The notes beneath the pieces were generated by a model, which was not told where the DNA came from, ran no database searches, and saw only the letters and a program-made list of their open reading frames with translations. DNA of 61,774 nucleotides, filler included, from Platydemus manokwari (lineage: Eukaryota), in the NCBI GenBank assembly GCA_037951405.1. It is 5 parts of 5 records of this genome, joined end to end, with 100 filler letters (N's around TTAATTAATTAA, not from the genome) between each part and the next. Parts side by side here need not be neighbours in the genome. Positions count along the whole stretch, not along the records: positions 1 to 18,266 come from JBBMOY010499997.1; positions 18,367 to 28,597 come from JBBMOY011155883.1; 3 more parts are not named here. One strand, given 5' to 3'. A program made the position numbers and the translations under genes. Below are positions 14,411-26,040 of the stretch, in pieces (position 1 is the first letter of the stretch; the number at the start of each line of letters is the position of its first letter).

Positions 14411-14757
14411 CTATAAAAATATCATAAATTATAATAATAAATAAAATTAGCAATAATTATATTCTTCAATGAACCCTGGGCAATAATAATTTAATAATTA
14501 TCCTTTTTATTTATGAAAAAATGTGATTTCTAAATTATATTGCAATAAGGAAAATAATGTGCAGTAAAGAGGAACAGCCAATTCCAAAAAATATTAGAAT
14601 AAATTATAACATTAACAAAAGAAACATTATATAGACGCACTCATATTGTTATCGCATTATCATTTTCTTTCAAAAGATCTTGATTCAATAAAAAATAGCA
14701 GCGGTATATTTGTTTCATTGAAACAACGACTGTTATTAACAAAAAATTATAATGATA

Positions 14758-15282
14758 TACATTGCGATTTATAAGTCTCCCTCTCTAAAACTAAAATAAA
14801 ACAACAAAACACAATACAATTTATACTCACATATTTATACTCATTGATATTAATTATTATTCACTGATTAATGCACTTTATTCTTTATTTCTTATTAATC
14901 AGTTGCATTATTACAATATGACGGAAGCAGCTGGTGATATTGAATATTCGCTTGAAGCTATATCAAAGATCGAGTATATGCAATCCATAACAATAATACA
15001 ACGCTCAACGAACTTGAAAAAGCAATTTCACATGAGTTAGAAAACATCAATCAAGAATTCGTCCGTAAATGTTATTCAAGCTTCAGAAAACGCTGCAATT
15101 TCTGCTTGGAACAAGATGGTGAAAATTTTGAACAGTTGAAATGAAATTGCTTATTATTTACCGTTATTTTTTCTTACTGTAATTGTGTTTTGTTGTGCAT
15201 TAAAGTAACTCAATACATTTAGTTTGTTCTTACTGTTGTTTTATTTTAGTTTTAGATGCGGTGATTTATTGATCGCACGGTA
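14758..15282 (+). mobile_element. Internally deleted Tc1/mariner-superfamily element with imperfect TIRs and TA flanks
   Basis: Left end TA|tacattgcgatttataagtctccctctctaaaactaaaataaaacaaca matches the reverse complement of the right end (...tgttgttttattttagttttagatgcggtgatttattgatcgcacggta|TA). Interior encodes a transposase C-terminus: YIKDRVY...TLNELEKAISHELENINQEFVRKCYSSFRKRCNFCLEQDGENFEQLK*. Confidence 0.82.
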
Positions 15283-17119
15283 TATCCTAAATATAAATTA
15301 TGTGTAGATAAATCCTAAATATTTTAAATATTCAGAATTGGATTTTAAACAAGGTAAATAAATCAATTCGGAGATTTGTTTAAATATTCTCTTTTTTGAA
15401 TTAATAAATTTTGATGTAAACAAATGGCGTTTTCACTTCCATATATGACCACAAATAAAATATTTCAAAATTATCAACGGATGCCAAAATAAAGGTGAAT
15501 AAACGCATTAGATATTCGAATGAAATTAAATAATTTAAACAATATATATTCGCCTTTATATTATTTATATATTTTCTCTTTTCAAATCGATTTGTCCTGC
15601 TTATTCAATAACTAAAAGTTATTGACTCTATTTAATAGGAATAAAATTGTTTCAATTCAACAATCCATCCAGTTAAACAATTAATTATTTCATAAAATTA
15701 GATATTTTTCGCATTCACAGTTGAAATTCGGCAATTGGACCGGTCGGTAAATCAGTTTAGCTCACCATTAACAACACCAATTAAAACCAAGTCCACTTTA
15801 ATGAAATTTTTTAAATGATACTTTATTGATTTTGAAGACAACTCGTTTCTAGGTCAATTAGTTTTCTGACGAAAAAAATCATGGCAAAAAGAAATCGGTG
15901 ATTTCAATTTTGCTGATAAATCGAGTTAATATTAATTTTATCTCTTATTATTTTTTTTTATTATTATTTCTCAAATAAAACGATTTTCAATTTTTCATCT
16001 CAGCTTCATCCGATTCAATAATTTCGTTGGATTGTTTTTTGTAAAAACATATAAAAATATTGAAAAATTATCACTATATTTACCAATCATTACTTCTAAA
16101 ATTTGTTGATTTATTTTTATATTTTTTTATTCGAATCTTCACGAATTTTAAAATGATCAACACAATTAAAATGGAATTTCAGAGAATTTTGAATTCAATA
16201 AACATTTAAATTATCATTTTAAATAAAAAAATATATCGATATTATATTTGTTTAAATATTTCGATTAAATATACTTTTGTGATTTGAAATTCTTAAATTT
16301 ATTTTCAACTCTTATTCAATAAAACAGCAGCAGTCATTTTGAGAAGACCAATGCCAAAAAATTAAAGAAGATTAAAATAAAAAATGTAAGATAGAAAAGA
16401 GTCCGACAATAGAATATTTGGAGAATAAATTGAGTTATATAAATATATAATTGAAAGGTTATTTTTATCGCTAAATCAATATCAATATCTTGGGCAAAAA
16501 AGTTCCTGTTGGCTTAGATTATGAAAAGAATTTCTCTAATATGAAGACTAGACAAATTCCTGGAATGCATTAACTACTTGGATAATCGGTGATATAGAGA
16601 GATAGATACTCTCACTAGGCTGAATATTTGGCTGAAGGACTTTTCTAGCAAAAATAGAAAATGTATTTCAGTAATTTATTCCATTTCGAAAATGGTGAAT
16701 ATTCAAGTGTACAGGAATAGCTAGCTTATTGGTCTCATAGATATTTTCCTTTATATTATTACGTGAATGCTTTTCAATGCTTGTAACTTTTTGTAAATAA
16801 TTCTTTGTTAAATATAATTGATATTTTCTTTATTTACCTTGTGGACGTTTATTATTTAAATACGAATTGAAAATCAATAAAAGAAGTTTAGTATAAGTTT
16901 ACAATAAACGCATACATTCATATGTAATACTATTTTATTGATTTATAGTTCTCAATATAAATATATTTTTTTAATAAAATTTTTGAAAAATTATTTAGAT
17001 TATTTTAAAATCTTTAATATCCTTGATTTCTTTATGTTCTTTGTAGTCGAATAGTCTATCTCACTCTCCTCCATATTATCGTACTTTCTATATATATATA
17101 TTTGGGTAAGAAGAAATTC

Positions 17120-17195
17120 TGCAAAAAAACCGGATTTGAACCTTGGAACCCTTGATTAAGCACTTTAAAAATTAGGCAACCAACCGATCACAGTG
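17120..17195 (-). pseudogene. tRNA-derived / SINE-like remnant
   Basis: B-box GGTTCAAATCC on minus strand (17132-17142) followed by a T-run; weak A-box; no complete cloverleaf. Confidence 0.3.
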
Positions 17196-18266
17196 AAGGT
17201 AGATGGTAAGCGAGAATTGGAAATAGGTGTATAGGCACACAACAACACAGACACATAGGGATTGACCAATCCCATTCATGCAAATATTTAAAAATCCAAT
17301 AAGAGCATGAAATAGCAAAGATTGAATCAAAATGTGATACAATGTGACACAAAACATTACACACAGATTCAGAATATAAAAATCCATGTAAAGATAGCCA
17401 GCGGCCAGTTGGAAACCAAGTTTTGGTTGATAGTTTTTAAACCGTATTGTTTTGTGTAAGTTGTGCTGAAAAGTACACGATCGAAATATAATATTGTCCT
17501 TCTATTTTGAAGTCAGAGATTATATATATATAAATAGATTCTGTAAATATTCTCTTTGCCAAATTATTTTTCCTTATAAAGTTTTTTTGCTTTCAGTATC
17601 CACTTAATTTTATCTCATAAATATTACTTATGTTAATTCTTCATTTCTGGCTTCGAATTTCAGAATCAAATCCAAATACGTGGTTGCCATATAAACGATC
17701 ACTAGTTAATTTCGATCGAGTATAATTATCAAAATATTTTTAAAATCGATTTATAATTTTTAATGATAAATAAAACATTAAGAAATAATAAAACTTCTTC
17801 AAGACATTTATGAAATTGCCTCCAAATCAAAGGAAACAATCAAATAGATATTCATGAATGAAATCCACGTTTCCGGTGTTGTTTTTCAATGCCAATATCA
17901 CTGACGTTTGAATATTATTTTTCATATGACACTGTCTCGACGAATGATCCGTTATTTATTTGTCGTTTGCTTATATTAAATCGCAAATTTCCACCGAATA
18001 CCAGCAAGCATTGTACGAAATGAAAATGAAAGACGATAATTAATAATACAAATAATATCTTAATACTTTTGATTATATTTTATAAAACTTAATGAAATTA
18101 GAAACGAAAATTAATTGCATGAATTTTTCTTTGATTGTATTGATTATTTGAGATAATTATTGGATTTATTATTATATATTATTATTGATTATTCCAAGAA
18201 TTTGGTGTTTTGGTGATCAATCTCTTTTTGATGTGTTTGAGGTTTGCATTTAGGATGATGGTAAAT

Positions 18267-18396
18267 NNNNNNNNNNNNNNNNNNNNNNNNNNNNNNNNNN
18301 NNNNNNNNNNTTAATTAATTAANNNNNNNNNNNNNNNNNNNNNNNNNNNNNNNNNNNNNNNNNNNNTTATTATTATTATTATTATTATTTTTATTA

Positions 18397-18441
<45 letters not shown>
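18267..18441. other. Assembly gap with TTAATTAATTAA linker followed by (TAT)n microsatellite
   Basis: N-run 18267-18366 and adjacent TAT repeat. Confidence 0.95.
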
Positions 18442-18443
<2 letters not shown>

Positions 18444-19444
18444 TATCAATATAAAATGTATTAAATATTATTTATAAAATCCCGAAAATATTAAAAATGA
18501 TCACCGATTTTCAGGCTCATCCAGTTCAAATAAATAAATACATATAAATTCATCGGCTATATGAGATGACTTAATAATTATATTTTCATTATATTATTAT
18601 ATAATGCTATGTAATATATTATTTAGAAACTTGTTGATTTATTTGTTTCGCCATTTGCTTAACGTCTTCTCACGATAGATTAGCAGAAATATCAAATGCC
18701 AAATTATCAATTGGTTATTTCGATGACGATCTTTCATTGAAAACAGAAATGGGAAAGATTATTTAAGCTTTACCCCATAAATCGCGGATATTCGCCAAGT
18801 TTGTTATCATTTTACCATAGCAACAATATATCTCCCTCTCTTCATCCATACTGATGAATTCTATGATTAGATATCAACAATCCTCATCGGTATTTATTTG
18901 GGCGGAACGTTTAGAAATGAAATCTAAAATTTATTTTGTTCATTTCGTTCTTTGCTCTACCCCCCTGTGACTGAAAGATTAATAATGTTTATTCCATATG
19001 GGATAATACAGATCTTTCATTTCTCACTCACTGACCAGTGTCACCATAACTACAAGACACATTGTGATGATTGATGCATAAGTTGTGCTGAGTTATTTAA
19101 TCACATTACCGGATATCCGCTTCACAATGAAAATTAATACCGAATAAATACCAGATTCTGGAAGATAAAGCAAATCGGATTTTAAACATGGAATCGTCGA
19201 AAGAGAAACATTATACTCAATAACCAACAAATATTTTTCCTTCGTTTCCTAAAACGTTCTTGGGAAGCAAAATCTACACATCATCAAGAGTTGATATTAT
19301 TAGATTTTCGCTGGTAGTTTTGGAGTTGTGATATTCGTATAATTTTGCCAGTATTCGATTGGCTGAAATCTTTGCGAATTGAATCCTGCTTTGAGAATTA
19401 AAATTCAATTCTTCACTCCATTCTCTCTCAGTACTGGTGGAATC

Positions 19445-20509
19445 ATGAATAGGACGATATGGCAATTGCAGATTTTGAATTACATTTATCCACCGGTTTT
19501 CCTGTTTATTGGTGTTTCCGGTAATATTCTGTCCATGTTGATTTGGATCAAACGTATTCGTACCAGCCCTGGATCGACTTGTTTGTTTCTGGCTTTGATG
19601 TGTGGTACCGATACGTACGTTCTCGTTCATGGTTGTATGAGGCATTGGTTGAAGAGTCTCATTGAGGAATTCGATATCAGAACAATATTAGACTGTAAAT
19701 TTCCGCTGACGATTTTCACATTTTTCAGTGATTTATCTGTGTGGCTAATCGTATTGCTTTGCATCGAAAGAACCGTCTGTGTATTTAGTCCGGTCAATGC
19801 CAAGCAGATCTGTCGTTTGAGAAATGGTGGCCTAGCATTTCTTGTCACCGTTTTCTGTTTGATCGCGATCAATTCGCATTTTATTTTCACAGTCAAAGTA
19901 TCAGTCACCCGTGATTACTGTATTGCCAGTAATGATTTCGCATCGCATTTTCACAAAGCATGGCCGTATATTGATTTCGCTCTTTACTCTCTCGTTCCTT
20001 TACTTTTCATATTTGTCCTTAATTTTTTGATACTTCTCAAACTCCATCGTACCCATTCACGGTTCAATCGAACAAAACCGTCAAACATAGGTCGTATATT
20101 TTGGACTGTGCTTCTCATGGCGATTGCCCATTTCCTGTTCACAATGCCTATTGGGATATACTTTCTGATTCCAGATGAGCATTGCGCTAACGCTGAAATT
20201 ATGTGCGAAATGATTTCCAATATGTTTACATTACTTCAGCAGACAAATCATTTGATGCATTTCTTCATATATTCTATCACTTCAACCCTTTTCATATCAG
20301 ATCTCAAACGAATGTTTCCATGTCTTATAAAGCTAAAATTTTTCCGTCAGCGAATCAACACATCCAGATCTCGATCGAAGGCAGTAATGGATGAATTTGA
20401 ATGTCGTCTCAAAGTCGATCAACAAGCAAAAGATCCGAAATTTTTCATTCTTGAAACCTGTCCAGAACGACATACAATTGAGATCAATATGCAACTGACC
20501 AGTTTGTAG
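19445..20509 (+). CDS. Rhodopsin-class (class A) GPCR, peptide-receptor-like, intronless CDS
   Basis: Seven hydrophobic segments; TM1 GVSGN, TM2 LALMCGTD, TM3 CIERTVCVFSP, TM5 YSLVP, TM6 FLFTMP, TM7 TNHLMHFFIY. First ATG at 19445 (MNRT sequon), preceded by acceptor-like ttctctctcag at ~19430; the TTG start at 19379 is unlikely in a eukaryote. Confidence 0.9.
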   Translation: MNRTIWQLQILNYIYPPVFLFIGVSGNILSMLIWIKRIRTSPGSTCLFLALMCGTDTYVLVHGCMRHWLKSLIEEFDIRTILDCKFPLTIFTFFSDLSVWLIVLLCIERTVCVFSPVNAKQICRLRNGGLAFLVTVFCLIAINSHFIFTVKVSVTRDYCIASNDFASHFHKAWPYIDFALYSLVPLLFIFVLNFLILLKLHRTHSRFNRTKPSNIGRIFWTVLLMAIAHFLFTMPIGIYFLIPDEHCANAEIMCEMISNMFTLLQQTNHLMHFFIYSITSTLFISDLKRMFPCLIKLKFFRQRINTSRSRSKAVMDEFECRLKVDQQAKDPKFFILETCPERHTIEINMQLTSL

Positions 20510-22204
20510 CGATGATCAAATGTATTAAATCTTGATGTTATCATAAATCCCGACCACAATGACGCCCTTATTCAGTGACTGTGTTAATTATTTGTGTAAA
20601 AACTCTTTATTATTAAAACTAACTTCTCCTTAAATTCGTGGAAATTTTCAACAATAAGCGATGATATTTTCAAAACAATGGCAGCGACAATCAACGTTCT
20701 ATAAATCAAACAAATACAATATTAAATATATGCTTATCAGGTTATGTTGATTGGCATCAATGCCAGTGAGCATTTAGAATTCTAGCGTCGATCATTTTCA
20801 AACAAAAAATCAACTAATTTGTTACAGAATATACGGATTTGTTTGAGGTGTGCATTATAAATCTTTCCGACATGGACCGAGAAATATGCAATACAATTGG
20901 GGAACAAAATATTTAAAAAGCTCATAATGTTGGGGGAATATTATTCATAATTAGGAAGGGAAATATATTCCCCACTTCCCAATATTCTGGGAGCCTGGGG
21001 ATGGGGGTTGGATAAAATTTATAGTATTTATTTTAATCCCCAATGAAAAACGTAATTTCCTGCATTGCATTTCCCATTTTAAATTTGCGAGTGCTCCTTA
21101 ATAAGAATTCAATCTGCCATACAATATTAAATATGAAGAATTGATAAATAAATAATACGTGTTCGTTCAAAACATGCTTATAAATGTGGGGGGGAATAAG
21201 GCCAACTAATGGAACAGGAAAAATACTGCTCGAGTTCACCTTAAATAATTGATAAACAAAGTTTCTCTTAAACATGTCTTGAATATGAAACACAACCAGT
21301 TTTGGAGTGGGAATGGAATTTCAAACTTATTTCTCATTTCATTGAATTTGACTGAAATCGCTCCTAAATTTCAAGGTCCTATTGTTATCCCAGACAAACA
21401 TGCCTCTATCCCGCAATAAATCATCAAACACTTATTCATTAGCAAAATGTTGCTTTCATAATCATTTCATGTAATCCATACCGTTACATGTGGAAGTTTT
21501 TAATTGGCGAGTTCTTTCATCAATTATTTTAATGAGCTTTTCTTTGTGGGAACTTGTTAGGAAAACTATTTTCAAAAATAATATTTCCATCGCTCTCAAT
21601 CAATAAATATCAGAATAATTTACAGACATAAGGCGGCAACGAAATATTTTGATTGTCATTTTTATCATTTGTGTCCAATCAGGGAGGATATGATTTTGTT
21701 TTACTTTATATCGACTCAATTTTCAAGATTAATAGAACAAAAGTTCCGATTTCTGTCAGAATTTAATCACAGTTCATATGGATATGATCTATTTCATCAT
21801 TCAGCACCGGGGTGTAGATTTATCTCCCTTGGTGATCATTAAAAACGAGATTTTTATTTGGAGGCTATTTTTATGAATCGATTAAGAGCAAGATAAATGA
21901 TTTCCATTTCACTGGAACTATTTGTGGAATCTGTTTATCTGTCTCCATTTTTAATTTTATATTTTCCTTTCGTTTTACTTTGATGAAAATTTTCGTCGAA
22001 TAAAATTCACCTTGCATATTGCTCATCAGATAACATGGATTGCTAAAAACTTAAATTTTATCCAATAAAAATCAATTGTCTTGCGATCCTGCCTGGGATG
22101 AAAGCTGTGAGATATGTGACGAACCTTCCAGGATCTGTATAATTTTCCTTCAATGCCAGCTTTATGTATTATTTTCAGTTTCTGCGAGGTGTCTTTAGAT
22201 TTTA

Positions 22205-22374
22205 TTTGAATGTGGATTGATGATTTGAATAACATTCAATAGATGAGAAGAGTGGGAAGAGGGAGGTTAAAATACCCCCAATTCTTTTTGAATGTGGATT
22301 GATGATTTGAATAACATTTAATAGATGAGAAGAGTGGGAGGGGGAGGTTAAAATACCCCCAATTCTTTTTGAAT
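22205..22374. repeat. Tandem duplication, ~82 bp x2
   Basis: tttgaatgtggattgatgatttgaataacatt...aaatacccccaattctt repeated nearly identically. Confidence 0.9.
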
Positions 22375-22419
22375 AATTTCCAACACTGCATTCAGTGTTG
22401 ATTTCTGTGATTCTTTGAA

Positions 22420-22620
22420 ACTTCTGCCATTTTGTTTCCTGTTACAACTCTTTATATGATTCCCATTGTTATTGATTGTGTATTTGTCTACGAACAATCT
22501 CATTTTCTTGTTGTTATGGAGATTCTACAAGACTAATGTTGTATTTGTAGTTGGTTTATTAATATGATAATCACCGATTCTGTTGTGCATTTTACTTGTT
22601 GTTATCTATTCGCAATAGAT
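22420..22620 (-). mobile_element. Possible decayed Ty3/Gypsy pol fragment
   Basis: Broken reading ESP*QQENEIVRRQIH...MGII resembles the pre-RT segment of Gypsy pol; heavily disrupted. Confidence 0.28.
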
Positions 22621-23339
22621 TTACCTGATATTGATTATCTTTTAGAAAATTTTTATTCTGACATTGAATAATATCTATCCCCTTCCCCGTTGATCTGATC
22701 ATTAACCAGAGTGCAAGTAATTTAATGAAAATATTCGCAGAAAGTTTTATTTAAAAGTTTATCCATTAAAAATATCTTAAACTTCAGTAAGCACCTTATA
22801 TCACCTTGAATGCCCAACTATTCCTTGTTAATCTCCGATCACACTAAACAGCAATAAATATCATCACAGCTTAAATCTAAGATATTTTCCACTGCTCCAA
22901 CAATAATTTGATATGATGCCAACAGTGAAACAAGTGGTGTTGCAGAACAAGTTTGCATTTCTAGATTCCAGCAAATGGCCGATTTTGAAAATTTTAGTTT
23001 TCGAATATTGAAATAAAATAATCGAAATGAGCTCCTTTAAATTCCTTAATAAAAAGGTGTCTGTTATTTAATTCAATCACGTGATATACGGTTCTGTCAT
23101 GAGTAGATTGCTATTATTGAAATAATCAGTGATCTGTCATGATATTTTGGATATGTATTTGCAAGAGATGATGTGATAATCAATATGAAAATCAATGAAC
23201 AATATGAAAGGCGATTTGAGATAATCAAGATAAATTAAAAGTAAAAAAGTTCAAGTCCGTGTCGGTAATAATCGATATATCAATTAACAACTTCATCATA
23301 TTTTAATTCAGTAAATATTTACTGTTGAGTAGATCACAA

Positions 23340-23850
23340 ATCAACCAAAATGTTCATGGAAATCGTGGAAATAACCCTCGAAGGGTTAATCCACACAGAT
23401 TTGATAAGTGCACGTTCCAAAGACTAATTAGATTCTTCCTATATATCACCATATATATTTTGGATTCGATCATTGATTGGTGCAAACCAACATGTGGCAT
23501 CAAACATTGAAAGTCGCCAATGACACAAGATATGCAAGAGAAATTTTTTAAGGGACTGACACGTAGACTATTTTTCCGAATGAAAAGCAAAGTTCTGAGG
23601 CATCGATTGAACACACAAGATAACATATAAAATGATTTGGATTTCATAAGCAACTGTCAGTCATAAGCAACTCATATTCTGCGCGACTTTTAGGTGATTT
23701 TTCTGACAACCAGTCTTTGTGGTTGTCCTCTGTTTTGTATTCAACTTTCGGATGCTGAACCCATATTGGGCAATATTTATTCTTAGTTTATTTCGATTTT
23801 AAATTGTATTTGGTGACCAATTGAAACTGCTATTCAAATTACAAATACCA
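23340..23850. repeat. Fragments of unclassified dispersed repeat (23340-23500 ~ 61405-61550; 23690-23850 ~ 540-700)
   Basis: caaccaaaat(g/a)ttca(t/c)ggaaa...aaccctc and tattcaact(t/c)tcggat(g/c)ctga...cgattttaaattgt shared with the distant copies. Confidence 0.65.
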
Positions 23851-24835
23851 GCACTCAGTTCCGGTTAATAATCGAGCACATGCATTTTTAATCCACAAAT
23901 ATTTTTGACAAATTTAATGAAAATTTCTGTCACGATTTTAATCACGTGTTCAAGGATCAAAAATAATATCACCAGATAGGTTTCAATGGGGTCAGTCTTG
24001 ACCAGAATAATTTTAAATGTGCTTCATTGAAAATTCGGTAAATTATAAAATTAGAAGTTAATTGAATCCGTTACCAATAGCACCAAATATAGCAGAGATG
24101 ACAGCATTTTTATCAATATTTGATAATTCGAAAACTTTTCATACCTAATCATTTGATCTAAACCACTGGTCTTGTGGAATAAATAAGATTTTGAGATTTT
24201 TAACTCACAGACTTGATAATAAACCCGATATTTGACGACCTCAATTAGAAGTCGAATACCATTTTAACTGAAAAAATATTGAGTTTATGCTCAACGAATG
24301 TTCAGTGATTTCTCATAAATTAATCATTGATGAATTGACGATACACAAGCAATGAATCACTCTATTAGCTCTTGAACAAACCGTAGAAGATCCATCGAAG
24401 AGAAATCCAAAATGAACAAGCCAATTATAAAACAACTATCGAACATGATTTGAAAAATGCCTTTTATAAATTTAACTGATTATGTTCATTGATTCATAAA
24501 ATAACTGCAATTTAAAGGTCAAAATGTAAGGTGGCCCTTGGTTCTTGGTGTCATTTCGAAAAGCTCCCTGTTACGTAATGATTTGAAATTTCAATTTTGT
24601 GTAGATCATTTAAAAGTTGCTAGATTCTGAGATTCCTTAAGATTTTTGAAATGATCAACTAATTACAATCATTTATATTTGCCGAATTTCGATCATGGAA
24701 AATCGATTGGATTTAAAATTATTCTGATCCATACTGACATCATGTAAACACCTGTTGAGACGATATTGAAATCATTGAAAATGTCGTTAAATTTGTTCGA
24801 ATATTTGTTGACTAAAATATATTTTCATTTGGACT

Positions 24836-25130
24836 TAAATCTGATGGAACTTTTCAATGAAACAGCAACTGCTAGTAATGTATTAGAGGGTTCAAAATTA
24901 TCATTTAGAAACTTGTAGTTCTTCTCATATATTTTTCATATTATCTCATTCTTAATATAATTATTATCTGTTGGTTTTGTCAAATTTGATATAATTTAAA
25001 TCTGATGGAACTTTTCTATGAAACAGCAACTGCTAGTAATGCATTACAGGGTTCAATATTATCATTTAGAAACTTGTAGTCCTTCTTAATATAATTATTA
25101 TCTGTTGGTTTTGTCAAATTTGATGTAATT
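24836..25130. repeat. Tandem duplication of ~160 bp, second unit with internal deletion
   Basis: taaatctgatggaacttttc..gaaacagcaactgctagtaatg...gttggttttgtcaaatttgat present twice. Confidence 0.88.
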
Positions 25131-25177
25131 TCAGAAAAATTTGTGAAACTTTAAAAGTTTTATTGATAGAAAATTTG

Positions 25178-26040
25178 GGCTAAAGTTTAAAAAAGGCCAA
25201 GGTTAAAAAATAAAATTTTAAAATTGTGGAGTGTATTGAAAAAATCTATATAGATTATTTAATTAAATTCTTTGATAACATTTTGAATTTTTTATTTAAG
25301 TAGTTGAGTAAAATTTTAGTTATTTAGAATCAAATATTATGAAAGCCGGATTTTTAAAATCTACCCAAAATTAATTATTTGAAAAACAGATCTAAGTAGT
25401 TCAAAAAGCAATTAATTGATAATTAGCGTGGACGCCTTTTTAACTTTAAAAACAAATGGAACGATATCTAAGATTTTTAGAGATGTTTTATAAAAAAAGC
25501 GTCTTGGTATTTATTGTGGAGTGCCATGAATTAGGTACTTGTATTAATATCGATTTAATAGTTTGATACATAGACTCTGTCGATACTGTAATGAAATGAA
25601 AATTTCATCCAAATCAAATAAATAGTACTGGTCGATATGCTACAAATATATAAGAAGTTTCGTAATTCGAATAGGGAATTGGTTCAAGAATTCAGTCTTG
25701 TCTCTTTCGACATTCTGAATAAGGTATTTTTGATCCACGTAGCTCACACACAAAGTTTATTAGCAGAATAACCTCCATAAGCAAACCAACAATCAACAAA
25801 AGTTGACAATTTTTGTTAAAATAAAATTAAGAATTTAAAGTGTTTATTAAGGGACAAAATTTTTAGAATCCATGCCTATGAAGAAATAGCATGGCATAGA
25901 AAAATAATTGCATGCCCAAATATAGCCGTTGAAATCGATGAGACCTATTTTGGAGGGACCAAATATGATAGTGGACGTCGAAGACATTTGCATTTGAGTA
26001 GTTGAAAGACTGGAGAGATATGGTAATAAATAATTGCTTC
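25178..26040. mobile_element. Decayed Merlin (IS1595/ISXO2-like) DNA transposon: terminal arm plus rearranged transposase fragments
   Basis: Starts ggctaaagtttaaaaaaggcc like the MITE TIR; plus strand VEIDETYFGGTKYDSGR from 25928; minus strand DCWFAYGG (25771-25794) and YVDQKYLIQNVER (~25703-25740). Confidence 0.72.

Noticed and set aside
17172-17387. LIGFLNICMNGIG as a possible malic enzyme ILGLGDLGxxGMG exon
   Set aside because: Invariant residues are absent and there are no compatible splice sites.
18311-18322. Recurrent TTAATTAATTAA palindrome in the middle of 100-nt N-runs
   Set aside because: Identical in four gaps; an artificial all-frame stop linker from scaffolding.
19274-20394. 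Antisense and alternate-frame ORFs over the GPCR (also over FkbM, the kinase and RAD54B)
   Set aside because: Shadow ORFs of real coding sequence.
20896-21045. G/C-tract region with short inverted ends attgggga...tccccaat
   Set aside because: An 8-bp match is too short, and no second copy or TSD is visible.
22005-22035. Other CTGANGA cores (e.g. ~193, ~6146, ~15865, ~18851, ~22023 minus, ~59978 minus)
   Set aside because: None is followed by a closed stem II plus GAAA with matching stems I and III.
22205-22374. Short direct repeats as a CRISPR-like array (also 24836 and 50586)
   Set aside because: Two-unit tandem duplications without spacers in a eukaryotic genome; could also be assembly artefacts.
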